DNA of 64,000 bases from Laetmonice hystrix (Eukaryota), in contig OZ249436.1 in NCBI GenBank assembly GCA_965235115.1, positions 51,090,001-51,154,000 of the forward strand, in the 5' to 3' direction. Positions within the stretch are counted from its first letter, which is position 1. Each line of letters starts with the position of its first letter. The notes below the pieces were generated by a model. That model searched no databases and was not told where the DNA came from. It saw only the letters and a program-made list of their open reading frames with translations. Of this stretch, positions 40,101 through 52,265 are shown one piece after another. The translations under genes were made by a program, and so were the position numbers.

Positions 40101-40315
40101 TTAACACAGCCTCAACAGTAGGCCCCCTACCCTACATAAAAAACGACGGCTGACTACCAGGGTCGTGTCAGGCGCTGGGCCAACCCGGCCCTGACTGGAA
40201 TTAGTACGTGTGATGGTCGTTAGAGGGAACCACCGCTGCCGGTGCTGTGGAGAAGTGCACGACGGAAGCCAGTTTTAGAAGCGGTGGAGGCCAGTCAAGG
40301 AACAGCGAGGCCACG

Positions 40316-40459
40316 CTAGGAGCGGCGAAGACCAGTCTGCATGTGTCCACGCAGAGCTGACTGGAGATATTGACGCTGAGCGTCCTCGGAAAGATCATCC
40401 AGGGGTTGGTATCGCAACTCCTCCACGGCCTCGTTTGGGTGATGGTTCAGGGAGGTCTT
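40316..40459 (-). CDS. Possible terminal coding exon of an unidentified minus-strand gene
   Basis: Minus-strand acceptor ...gatgtttaccag| followed by 47 GC-rich codons KTSLNHHPNEAVEELRYQPLDDLSEDAQRQYLQSALRGHMQTGLRRS*. The other two frames close early. Duplicated at 46217-46360. Confidence 0.4.
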   Translation of the reverse strand, partial: KTSLNHHPNEAVEELRYQPLDDLSEDAQRQYLQSALRGHMQTGLRRS

Positions 40460-41556
40460 CTGGTAAACATCGAAAGGTCATTCAGTCACAACTGTTATAA
40501 ACCAGAATATGGTCTTGGGAAATTTTTTAAAATTAGAAGCTCTTAGAAGCGATTTCCCGCCTTTTAGGGGCCATTTTAGTGCATTATATTTATGGATTCA
40601 TCACTCAACCTGTTCAAAATAGCTGGAATGCTTTGTACCTGTTCGTTCGGTGTTGTTCCGTTGAATCTAAGGGGAAAAGAATCTATGCTCTTGCGGAGCA
40701 GGGGGGCCTGTCCCCCTGAACCCCTGCCGACACGCGCCTGAAATACTTTCAGAAACTTCACATCGATCTCCAGAAATACCGTTATTTGACCTTCTAAATT
40801 CAAGCCCCCTCTGCCCCCCCCCCCCCGCCTCGCACTGTGGTGCCCCTCCTTTTGTCCAGTGCTGGATCTGTGCCCACATGAAAGAAGGAGCATGACGTAT
40901 GCCCTATGAAGTTACAATGATGTTAACATTATTTTTTAAGCCTATAACTCGTAAACGGCGGAAGATGGAACCATGGCTACTATTGAACAGGAATAGGAAA
41001 TAGATTTAGATTTATAGTTAGGCCTACCACTTAACACTAATTGGAAATTATATGTATGCTGTTTCCGTCGACACCATTATTTTCTTTAGGTCACGTGACC
41101 TATGATGTCAGAAGGATGTTGATATTTTAGCACGGGTATAGTTTGTAAATAGTAGAAGTTTGGGACTAAGATTTATTACGTAGCCTGGCTGCCTCCTCAT
41201 ATTTACATCATTGGCATCTTCTAAAGCAAGATTGAACCATAGTTTACCCTACTCAGAACATGTCATTTAATTAAGTGACACCCCGGGGATGGGATCAATT
41301 GTGGTATCGCCACAACGTGTCTAGTTACAATCTGTTTTTCTGTATTCTGTGCACTCGTATACAATATAGTGGACATGAATTTTTATCCTTTGTGCTTCTC
41401 TATTTTCGTTTAACATATTTTAATTTGCATAGTCAGAGACCTTCTTATTGCTTAAATCCATGTCTCCTGACTTCTAAGCTGTCAGTCTGATATAGGGGCC
41501 TATAGATTATCTCAACGAAGAAGATTTGGTAACGTTTTACGTTTGTTCGCCTCCAG

Positions 41557-41680
41557 GGACCGACATAACCTGACAGTGACCCAGTTTTACGAGTGGTTCC
41601 AGAGTCCCATGCAGCGGTGGATCAAGGTCGCCAAGATCAAATCCATGAGTCGGATCAAGACGGCCGTCGACCTTGACAAG
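41557..41680 (+). pseudogene. Orphan duplicate of BAIAP3 exon 20397-20520
   Basis: [41 protein letters not shown] with AG/GT intact, located downstream of the gene's stop codon. Confidence 0.9.
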
Positions 41681-41769
41681 GTAATTAGGTCAAAGGTTGT
41701 TTTTTGCTTGCATTGTCATTCTTATTTTCATTGGTCGTCTTTTCTTCTCTCTGCTATTATTCGAACACC

Positions 41770-43347
41770 TCATGCTGCTTTGACTTTTTCCGATTTGCCC
41801 GATAGAAACAATCTGTACATGAAGTAAAGTAGACATAAACAGGCAAGGACGACTGCTAGTGCTACTGCTAGGAGGAACCCAATTATATCTAGCATGAGGA
41901 CTTGATACAAAGGTATGTCGACCGGGCGAAGGTGAGCACCACCAAACTCTAGGACGTGGTTGACCCAGAACACGAACTTCTCCTGTGCGGATGGCATGCT
42001 GCGAGTGATGGCTGAACACTTCTTGATGTTCTCTGCATAACTTCCATTGTTCATGACCTCCGTCATCATTTCAAACAGTTCGTCTGCCGTGACAGTTGTT
42101 TTGTCTTTGACCCATTTGCCATACCCGTGTGTCTCAACTCGAATTCCCGAGTATATCTGATCGTATGCAATGGGAATCACCAACATTGGAACGCCGTGGT
42201 AGACTGCTTCATTGGCTCCGTTATTTCCGCCATGTGTAATGAATAGCCTCGTTTTGAGATGACCCAGAAGATCACTCTGTGGGACCCAATCCAAGAGAAG
42301 GACGTTTTTCGGGGGCGGTGTCGGGTCAGAAAATCTGTACTGGATTATCACACGCTGTGGGAGACGCTGAAAAGCAGAAAACAATTTGCCCCTCACTATT
42401 TGCCAAATCTCTTGATAGGCCTCCTGAGTTCCTAAAGTCATGACGATAATTCCATGTTCCGCTCCTTGTACGAAGTGGTCTATGTCTGTAGGCAGCTCGG
42501 CGTGCGGTTGAGGTATACTGCCACCGATAAACTGATAGTTTGGTGCTGATACTCGGGGGTAATCCAAGCAGAAGATCTCAACGTTTAACAGGAACATTTC
42601 AGAACGTCCCATTATCTCATCGAATGATATCAGTGGTTTACTTGGCGGTATGTATTTTGTCATGAGGCGGTGGCTGTGAAGGTAGGAGAGTTCACTGTAA
42701 ACAGTCTTCATCCACGCCCGAAGATTTTCCAGGCGCTGCCAAAAGTTCATCTTGTTGGTGAAAGCAGTTTTGATTTCCGGTTCAACAGAAGGCAACCCTG
42801 TCACCCCAACCACCCAAGGCACAGTCTGGAACGAGAACATGGAGATAAAAGGGATGTCGTACTTGTAAGGAACCATGTAAATGCAGTTGAACACTGAGAG
42901 GGCATCCACGACGGCCAGTTCGAAGTGCAGCTCACTGATGGTTGACATGAGCTCAGCATTGTCCATCATCTCCTCGCAATACTTGGCCGCGATCCGCTGC
43001 ACCGTCAGGGTGTCTGTTTTACTCGCTACGCCCTCACCGCTAGGAGTCTTCTTCATAAGCGAAGAATAAGTCGGACCGAAGTGAGCCTGCTCCTCATTAA
43101 TTGGAAACACGAGCGGTTTTAACCAATCTACCTTGAGCAGATGACCAAACTTTTCAATTGTCATCATCCAGACTTCATGTCCATCATCTGCCAGAGCTTT
43201 ACCGTGATTGAGATGACTGCTAACGTAGCTATGGTGTGGGTATGGCATCAGTAATATCCTGGAAGCTTGGGTTCTCTTGGCTGACACAGCAATCGTTATT
43301 ACTGCTAGTATAAGGATTCCATGCACGCCATGGTGGCTATCTGCCAT
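41770..43347 (-). CDS. UDP-glycosyltransferase, copy 2 (uses upstream ATG)
   Basis: 525-aa ORF nearly identical to copy 1, with N-terminus [12 protein letters not shown] caused by a net 4-nt deletion after the ancestral ATG. Signature WVPQSDLLGH...PIAYDQ. Confidence 0.9.
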   Translation of the reverse strand: MADSHHGVHGILILAVITIAVSAKRTQASRILLMPYPHHSYVSSHLNHGKALADDGHEVWMMTIEKFGHLLKVDWLKPLVFPINEEQAHFGPTYSSLMKKTPSGEGVASKTDTLTVQRIAAKYCEEMMDNAELMSTISELHFELAVVDALSVFNCIYMVPYKYDIPFISMFSFQTVPWVVGVTGLPSVEPEIKTAFTNKMNFWQRLENLRAWMKTVYSELSYLHSHRLMTKYIPPSKPLISFDEIMGRSEMFLLNVEIFCLDYPRVSAPNYQFIGGSIPQPHAELPTDIDHFVQGAEHGIIVMTLGTQEAYQEIWQIVRGKLFSAFQRLPQRVIIQYRFSDPTPPPKNVLLLDWVPQSDLLGHLKTRLFITHGGNNGANEAVYHGVPMLVIPIAYDQIYSGIRVETHGYGKWVKDKTTVTADELFEMMTEVMNNGSYAENIKKCSAITRSMPSAQEKFVFWVNHVLEFGGAHLRPVDIPLYQVLMLDIIGFLLAVALAVVLACLCLLYFMYRLFLSGKSEKVKAA

Positions 43348-44048
43348 CTAATCGCCGACTACCAGTGTATGGAAACTATTGGTTCTCGGCCTGTAAGGTC
43401 AGGCTTAGAGCCCATCACGATTATCTCTTAGTCCAAGGACTCAACATGAAGACATAGGTGTTAGGTTAGACACGGCCTTATCTAACCTAACCTCATGATG
43501 CTTTGACTTTTGACTTTTGACTTTGACTTGTATGCTGAACCATTTATTACCTGCATGAGTAGCCTAGCTGCCTCCTACGTCAACAATACAGGTACATGTA
43601 TTATGATTTCAGTGTTTTTTGGCCATTATAAATGTTGGTTTTATTTCCACCGTGCTTCAACCCGGCAGCTTGATGGCTGTGAGGCTCAGCGATCGGTCGT
43701 ATGTATACTATTTAGCAGCTGTTGTTTTTTGCGTTCTCATATCTGTATCACCAGACAAAATGCAGAAGCAATCGCTAAAGTGCAGTAACCATGTCTGACA
43801 AATAATTTCACATTGTACGTCTGTTTAACACTCTGTCCGGTCCTAAGTATTTTAGCCCCCCCCCCCCCCCCTACAAATCTCCCCTACTTTTTTATGTGGA
43901 CTTGGCGGGTATTATGTAAAATAAATTGTAAAAGTCACCAACTCTTATTTGAGTCGCTGAAAATGCCCTAAGCCTACTTGGCTTCCGATACCCCGGTAGA
44001 CTGGGGCCAGTCAGTTTTCGTGCTCACGTCGGGCCGCCGCCAGCCTAA

Positions 44049-45781
44049 AGCCCCAGTCCCACCAAAGCTGATTGTACGACGTTCTATGCCGTTCTATCAA
44101 GATCTGAAATTTAGTTTAAGTCGTGATGAATCGTGATGAAATAATGACAACCCGAAGACCTAGCTACGAATCTATCATGTTCTATCCCGACATCGCCCCG
44201 ACCTTCCCGACAGCGCAACGACTATAGCAACGTTCACTGCCGACCAATAGATGCAGATTGAGCTTCGTCCTATCAAGATCCCGGCCCGATGTATGGCGAC
44301 CTATACCAAGATTGATAAACGATGTAGCGACGTTCTATGCCGTGCCCCAACCGAGCTACGACCTGCCCCGATGACGTCAGGTCTAGATCAGGGCTAAAGC
44401 CCCAGTCCCACCAAAGCCGATTGTACGACGTTCTATGCCGTTCTATCAAGATCTGAGATTTAGTTTACGTCGTGATGAATCGTGATGAAATCATGAAAAC
44501 CCGAAGACCTAGCTACGAATCTATCATGTTCTATCCCGACATCGGCCCGACCTTCCCGACAGCGCAACGACTAAAGCAACGTTCACTGCCGACCTATGCA
44601 GATTGAGCTTCGACCTCTCAAGATCCCGGCCCGATGTATGGCGACCTATACCAAGATTGACAAACGATGTAGCAACGTTCTATGCCGTGCCCCAGCCGAG
44701 CTACGACCTGTCCCGATAACATCTGGTCTAGATCAGGGCTAAAGCCCCAGTCCCACCAAAGCCGAATTAGCTACGACGTGTCACGATCTGATAAATCGTG
44801 TAGAATCGGGAAAGGTCCTAACTCGGTCGTACAGTAGTCTTGATAGATCCCCATAGGTCGGGATAGGCCACGATTGCACCCCGACAATTTTAAACTGTTC
44901 AAAACAATCGGCACTGGTCGGGAAAAAGCTCAAATCGGGGATATACCGTAGGTCAAACGTTGCTCAGTCGGGAATAGTCGGGGGACAATCGGGATAGTTC
45001 GTTGTTCAGTCCTGGTTGATCGTAGGACAATCGCCAGACATTTCCTAGATCTAGCCCTGACGTCATCGGGACAGGTCGTCGCTCGGCCGGGGCTCAGACG
45101 GCATAGAACGTTGCTACATCGTTGGTCAAACATCGGGTCGGGTTCTTGATAGGACGTAGCTCAATCTGCATAGGTCGGCAGAGAACGTTTCTCGGTCGGG
45201 AAGGTCGGGGGGATGTCGAGATAGAACATGATAGCACGCATCGTGATCGTTGAGAGATCTTTGGAAAACCGTTGCCCAGTCGCCGTTGAACGTGGCAATT
45301 CGTAGCTAGGTCTTCGGGTTGTCATTATTTCATCACGATTCATCACGACTTAAAATAAATTTTAGATCTTGATAGAACGGCATGGAACGTAGTACAATCG
45401 GCTTTGGTGGGAGTGGGGATTAATTTTCTGGCAATTGTCCTACGATAAACCAGGACTGAACAACGAACTATCCCGATTGTTCCCCGACTATATTCCCGAC
45501 TGAGCAACGTTTGACCTACGATATAGCCCCGATCTGAGCTTTTTCCCGACCAATGCCGATTGTTTTGAACAGTTCAAAATTGTCGCGACCTATGAGGATC
45601 TATCAAGACTACTCTACGACCGAGTTAGGACCTTTCCCGATTCTACACGATTTATCAGATCGTGACACGTCGTAGCTAATTCGGCTTTGGTGGGACTGGG
45701 GCTTAAAGCCCCAGTCCCACCAAAGCCGAATTAGCTACGACGTGTCACGATCTGATAAATCGTGTAGAATCGGGAAAGGTC
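44049..45781. mobile_element. Pile-up of ~5 whole/partial PIF/Harbinger-like MITE copies joined at TAA
   Basis: TIR AGCCCCAGTCCCACCAAAGC at 44049, ~44398, ~44743 and ~45707, reverse complement ending ~45419 and ~45703. Confidence 0.85.
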
Positions 45782-46216
45782 ACAATCTGTGGGAGTTGAC
45801 GTAAAGATGTCCCTGTAGAACCATTTAACTTTACTATTACGCCAATGTCGAGGTTTAAACCGGCATTATTCTCAAGTCTCATACAAGTTTTACACATTCG
45901 AACATTAGCTGTAGGCCCTATACAGATATTGTTTGGAGAAGAGACATAATCCCGACACAAAAATCATGTAGGCCTATTTAGGGCCTACTATAGAAACAGA
46001 TAGGAGGTTTGTTTACTCGCAACTTCAAAACGAGGCTTCCCGTGCGCATGCGCTCTGTCGAACTATCTGTGTACTGTTCCACGCGTGACGTGTCTGGCGC
46101 TGGGCCAACCCAGCCCTGACCGGAATTAGTACGTGTGATGGTCGTTAGAGGGAACCACCGCTGCCGGTGCCAGTTTTAGAAGCGGTGAAAGCCAGTCAAG
46201 GAACAGCGAGGCCACG

Positions 46217-46360
46217 CTAGGAGCGGCGAAGACCAGTCTGCATGTGTCCACGCAGAGCTGACTGGAGATATTGACGCTGAGCGTCCTCGGAAAGATCATC
46301 CAGGGGTTGGTATTGCAACTCCTCCACGGCCTCGTTTGGGTGATGGTTCAGGGAGGTCTT
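46217..46360 (-). other. Second copy of the putative terminal exon (block 46088-46409 matches 40165-40509)
   Basis: Same 144-nt frame and acceptor, one R>Q change seen. Confidence 0.4.
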
Positions 46361-47169
46361 CTGGTAAACATCGAAAGATCATTCAGTCACAACTGTTATA
46401 AACCAGAATGTTTGCTCCCGTAATAAGTAAATATATATTATTAATGAATTAATCGATGCCTTAGTTGTCGAAGTTAGTTACAGGATGGGTTTCATTTGGA
46501 AGATTCGTGATCGACATGCTACATACCAGTTTCTTGTCGAGGTTGGCGATCTGGCTTTGAACATCCAACTTCCAGTTCTGAAATAATTCAAGTAGGCCTA
46601 CATGAAGAAATTGTGAGAGGAAAACGCCACAATGCGTACTTTATCCAGTAAGGTGATTGCTCAAGTAGCCCTTTTAACACATTCTATGCTAGTCATATGT
46701 TTTTGGGCACTGGCGAGCAAATATAGGGAAATGTAACAATAATATCCATTTTCTCGCCACTGTAGGCCTACCTTTGGTTTGCGATTCAAGCAGGTAGTTT
46801 GCTGCTAATGAGTAACAAACTCGTTTTATATATTGAGCCTAGGTGGCTCACATGTGTTCCTAATTGTATAAGTATGCCGCACCCATAGGCCTATATTATC
46901 AGATCGAATCGATGTAAACGTATTCAAGATCGTTTTGCTCAGCTGACTGGTTGAAGGAAATTGTTTACACAATGTCGTGTACGTCCCACGGAATACATGT
47001 AGTTGTAAGTTAGGGAATTAACCAGATCTCCAGGAACTTTCGAATGCGACGAATCTAGTTACTTGTATTGGGGAACGATATCATTGGAAACCAACCGGCA
47101 CAAATTTGATTGGCTATACCTAGATCCGTAATTTTGTTATACAGGAGCCCGGTTACCAATGACCGCACA

Positions 47170-48834
47170 CTTAACACGGGACTATAATACTGAACCGCCG
47201 ATATCGAAAAGACTTTATCCAAAAAAAAAACACCTTGCTGTCAAAACGATTCTATATAGGCCATGGGCCAATACACTTTTCGGTACCATCTTGAGAGACT
47301 CACTATATTTTTTGGAAAGATCATGACCTGGGGCACATGTTTCAGTATCGTGGACATTCCCAAGTGGTAGCTTTATATTGTATACCATTTTCTTGGGAAA
47401 ATATGTGTTTTGGGGCTAAATTCACGTTTTTATAAATTTGGCCTTATAAAAAGGGTAGGCACAGCTAGAAAAAAAAATCAAAAAGTGGAAATTATGACCC
47501 GTACAAGTGTTATTTTTTTACATTATTTAATCAACATTTTTCTCAACGTTTACCAAGGCAACGACCATTTTGGGGTAAAAAAATACGTTTTTTGGGACCA
47601 AATTTAAAAGTTCATATCTCAGAAGTCATATTAAATATTCGGGTAGTTTCAGCGGTAACTCCATTCTGAGATACCCAGGCAGTTTTTTGGTTACCTTTAT
47701 GTACAATTTTGGGGTAAAAACATCAGTTAGGAAAGTGGCAGAAAAGCATGAGTAGCAACAGTGGCATGCTTAGCAACCAGCCTTTTATACGGCTCCAAGG
47801 AGAAAAAGAAACACTTATATTGACTAAAGTGATATTAGGGGTTTCTATGGTCACATCAGTCATTTCGTAATACCAGCCCGTTGCCTAGCAACAGGCATGA
47901 ATATTGAAATTTCCTTAGCAACGGGCTGCTCCAACCTGATATATATATATTTAATAAGAAAACCCAGCACAAATCAGTGTCCAGCATTTCATTGCTTATT
48001 TATCTAGTCATGTAGAATGTTACTGTTGCCTAGCAACAGAGTTTGATGCTGCAGCTGGGATTTTTTAGATTGTGGACATCAAGCTAAGCCCTCTCTTTGT
48101 GTGGAGCTGCTGGGGAGGACTTAAGGTGGGGCAGACAGCCAAACCAATTGTATAGCTCATGATAAACACATATTTTGCATAGCGCAACCTGGGACCATAA
48201 TCTTTATTTTGAGATAAGAAAGCATTCTGAATCCTCCCTGGCATGGCCGGTTTAGGATCATGTTGCTTAGCAGTGCAGTATTAAGCACATTATTATATAT
48301 GCTTAGCAACCAGTTTCATATGGTCCCATGGAGAAAAACAATGGCACCTACCCCCCCCCCCCCCCCCCCGCAAAGTGCTATCATAGATTAACATGGTAAC
48401 ATCAGTTATCTCGCAGGACCAGCCTGTTGCCTAACAACAGATATGCAGTCTGAAATTTCCTTAGCAACGACCTACCCCAACCTAATAATGCACCTTTAAT
48501 CAGAGAATTTGACCAAAACGATATTCAGATGCTATTCATGAAGTTTGTATAACGTCATAAACTGATGTAATGACATCGAATGACGTATTCCATAATAGGC
48601 CTATGTTGGAAACTTCATGCAATGGTGAACCTATATACCCCACCTGCCTGTATGTTACATCACCAATTGACAAAACAGTAATAGGAATGACATTATCTGA
48701 TAATTACGGATCAGCAAAATGCATGAATTCCACCACTTCTAAACCTATTTTCATGTATTTTTATAGACCAATGGAGCATTTTTTTTATGAAAATGCAAAA
48801 CGTTGGGTGTTTCCGAACTTTTGGAGGGTAGTGT
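47170..48834. mobile_element. Probable DNA-transposon remnant ending in a Tc1/mariner-like terminus
   Basis: Right end tgtttccgaacttttggagggtagtg|TA and recurrent (c)ttagcaac motifs. Left end not identified. Confidence 0.35.
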
Positions 48835-48917
48835 ATAAAATAAGGTGCTCATTTTAAATAAAAAAAACTTTGAGCATAGACTTTCATGTCGATCTAAATT
48901 TAAATCTTTAATTTCAG

Positions 48918-49570
48918 AATTCTGAACATCAGTATTTTTTCAATCATCTACAAGCAGGTTGAGAAAATAGTAAAGATATTTGTGGTTTAATAATCTTACA
49001 GAAGAAGACACTGAGCTGGGAGACAATTTCAATTTATCAGGATGCAAAGATGAGCTCATGTCTGTTTCCCTCGACATTCGCGAGGTATCATTTGTACGGA
49101 GATGATTAGGTTAATCAGAGATTTCATTACAATTGTAAGAAAATCTGAATACTTATTGATTTTAAATTAAATTAATATTCTGTTACTTGATCAGCTCGTA
49201 AAACGTAATTCACCTTGCAGTTATTATCATAACCTGTTTTTCTATATTCTGTCCACTCGCATACAATATAGTGTACATGGATGTTTATCCTTTGTGCTTC
49301 TCTATTTTCATTTAACATATTTTAATTTGCATAGTCAGAGGCCTTCTTATTGCTTGAATCCATGTCTGTCTGATGTAGGGGTCTATAGATTATCTCAACG
49401 AAGAAGATTTGGTAACTTTTTACGTTTCCTCGCCCTTCTTCAGGGACCGACATAACCTGACAGTGACCCAGTTTTAAACGTTGGTTTTACGAGTCCCATG
49501 CAGCGGTGGATCAAGGTCGCCAAGGTCAAATCCATGAGTCGGATCAAGACGGCCGTCGACCTTGACAAGG
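48918..49570 (+). pseudogene. Degenerate duplicates of BAIAP3 exons 18884-18935 (at 48918-48969) and 20397-20520 (at 49444-49570); intervening exon deleted
   Basis: Direct sequence match. The second exon copy has an in-frame TAA (CAG TTT TAA). Exon 19121-19287 is reduced to 'cagctcgta'. Confidence 0.9.
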
Positions 49571-49657
49571 TAATTCGGTCAAAGGTTGTTTTGGGTTGCA
49601 TTGTCATTCTTATTTTCATTGGTCGTCTCTTCTTCTCTCTGCTATTATTCGAAAACC

Positions 49658-51223
49658 TCATGCTGCTTTGACTTTTTCCGATTTGCCCGATAGAAACAAT
49701 CTGTACATGAAGTAAAGTAGACATAAACAGGCAAGGACGACTGCTACTGCTACTGCTAGGAGGAACCCAATTATATCTAGCATGAGGACTTGATACAAAG
49801 GTATGTCGACCGGGCGAAGGTGAGCACCACCAAACTCTAGGACGTGGTTGACCCAGAACACGAACTTCTCCTGTGCGGATGGCATGCTGCGAGTGATGGC
49901 TGAACACTTCTTGATGTTCTCTGCATAACTTCCATTGTTCATGATCTCCGTCATCATTTCAAACAGTTCGTCTGCCGTGACAGTTGTTTTATCCTTGACC
50001 CATTTGCCATACCCGTGTGTCTCAACTCGAATTCCCGAGTATATCTGATCGTTTTCAATGGGAATCACCAACATTGGAACGCCGTGGAAGACTGCTTCAT
50101 TGGCTCCGTTATTTCCGCCATGTGTAATGAATAGCCTCGTTTTGAGATGACCCAGAAGATCATTCTGTGGGACCCAATCCAAGAGAAGGACGTTTTTCGG
50201 GGGCGGTGTCGGGTCAGAAAATCTGTACTGGATTATCACACGCTGTGGGAGACGCTGAAAAGCAGAAAACAATTTGCCCCTCACTATTTGCCAAATCTCT
50301 TGATAGGCCTCGTGACTTCCTAAAGTCATGACGATAATTCCATGTTCCGCTCTTTGTACGAAGTGGTCTATGTCTGTAGGCAGCTCGGCGTGCGGTTGAG
50401 GTATACTGCCACCGATAAACTGATAGTTTGGTGCTGACACTCGGGGGTAATCCAAGCAGAAGATCTCAACGTTTAACAGGAACATTTCAGAACGAGCCAT
50501 TATCTCATCGAATGATATCAGTGGTTTACTTGGCGGTATGTATTTTGTCATGAGGCGGTGGCTGTGAAGGTAGGAGAGTTCACTGTAAACAGTCTTCATC
50601 CACGCCCGAAGATTTTCCAGGCGCTGCCAAAAGTTCATCTTGTTGGTGAAAGCAATTGTGATTTCCGGTTCAACAGAAGGCAATCCTGTCACCCCAACCA
50701 CCCAAGGCACAGTCTGGAACGAGAACATGGAGATAAAAGGGATGTCGTACTTGTAAGGAACCATGTAAATGCAGTTGAATACTGAGAGGGCATCCACGAC
50801 AGCCAGTTCGAAGTGCAGCTCACTGATGGTTGACATGAGCTCAGCGTTGTCCATCATCTCCTCGCAATACTTGGCCGCGAACCGCTGCACCAACAGACTG
50901 TCGACTTTACTCCCTACGCCCTCACCGCTAGGAGTCTTCTTCATAAGCGAAGAATAAGTCGGACCGAAGTGAGCCTGCTCCTCATTAATTGGAAACACGA
51001 GCGGTTTTAACCAATCTACCTTGAGCAGATGACCAAACTTTTCAATTGTCATCATCCAGACTTCATGTCCATCATCTGCCAGAGCTTTACCGTGATTGAG
51101 ATGACTGCTAACGTAGCTATGGTGTGGGTATGGCATCAGTAATATCCTGGAAGCTTGGGTTCTCTTGGCTGACACAGCAATCGTTATTACTGCTAGTATA
51201 AGGATTCCATGTCTCCACGCCAT
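49658..51223 (-). CDS. UDP-glycosyltransferase, copy 3
   Basis: 521-aa intact ORF, about 18 aa differences from copy 1 by manual count. Signature [10 protein letters not shown]...PIENDQ. Confidence 0.95.
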   Translation of the reverse strand: MAWRHGILILAVITIAVSAKRTQASRILLMPYPHHSYVSSHLNHGKALADDGHEVWMMTIEKFGHLLKVDWLKPLVFPINEEQAHFGPTYSSLMKKTPSGEGVGSKVDSLLVQRFAAKYCEEMMDNAELMSTISELHFELAVVDALSVFNCIYMVPYKYDIPFISMFSFQTVPWVVGVTGLPSVEPEITIAFTNKMNFWQRLENLRAWMKTVYSELSYLHSHRLMTKYIPPSKPLISFDEIMARSEMFLLNVEIFCLDYPRVSAPNYQFIGGSIPQPHAELPTDIDHFVQRAEHGIIVMTLGSHEAYQEIWQIVRGKLFSAFQRLPQRVIIQYRFSDPTPPPKNVLLLDWVPQNDLLGHLKTRLFITHGGNNGANEAVFHGVPMLVIPIENDQIYSGIRVETHGYGKWVKDKTTVTADELFEMMTEIMNNGSYAENIKKCSAITRSMPSAQEKFVFWVNHVLEFGGAHLRPVDIPLYQVLMLDIIGFLLAVAVAVVLACLCLLYFMYRLFLSGKSEKVKAA

Positions 51224-52265
51224 GGTGGCTATCTGCCATCTAATCGCCGACTACCAGTGTATGGAAACTATTGGTTCTCAGCCTTTAAGGTCAGGCTTAG
51301 AGCCCATTACGATTATCTCTTATTGACACAAAAATGACACGAAAGAAAGATACATGTATAGGTTTAAGGTTAGATAAGGCCTTATCTAACCTAACAACTG
51401 AATCATTTATTACCTGCATGAGTAGCCTGCCTCCTACGTCAACAATACAGGTACATGTATTATGATTTCAGTGTTTTTTTGGCCATTATAAATGTTGGTT
51501 TCATTTCCACTGTGCTTCAAATACAACCCGGCAGCTTGATGGCTGTGATGCTCAGCGATCGGTCGTATGTATACTAAAGTGGCTGTTGTTTTGTGCGTTC
51601 TAACATCAGTATCACCAGACAAAATCTAGAAGCAATCTGTAAAGTGCAGTAGATCTAACCATGTCTGACAAATAATTTTACAGCGCACATTTGTTTGCCA
51701 CTCCGTCCGATCCTAAGTATTTTAGCCCCCCCCCCCCCCCCTAAAAAATAATCTCCCACCTTTTTATGTGGACTTGGCGGGTATTATGTGAAATAGATTC
51801 CAAAAGTTTCCTTTGACTCTTATTTAAGTCACTGAAAATGCCCTAAGCCTAATTGGCTTCCGAGACCCCGGTAGACTGCAGGGGGCCAGTCAGTTGCCGT
51901 GCTCACGTCGGGCCGCCCCCAGCCTAAGACCCCGGGAGTTGTTTTTCATATTTCTCTGCACACGGCTATGCAAATTTTGGTCTGTGCAAATTACAAGCTC
52001 TTCTCTCAGTATTGAACACGCGCGTATTCAATTTGTACCAGCGAAAATAGATTTCGAATATTGCCATGATTATTCTCGGAAAGATGACGGATATTTTTCA
52101 CGAATTTTGGAAGTACATTCGTTGCGGACTGTTACCGAAGGTGTGCTCAACACCACAACAACACAAATTTGAAACAATTAGTGACATGACAAAACGGCGG
52201 CATTCATCGTGTTTACGTGCACTCGGGCTAGTTTTTGTATTTCCCCCCCCCCCCATCAGGCATAA

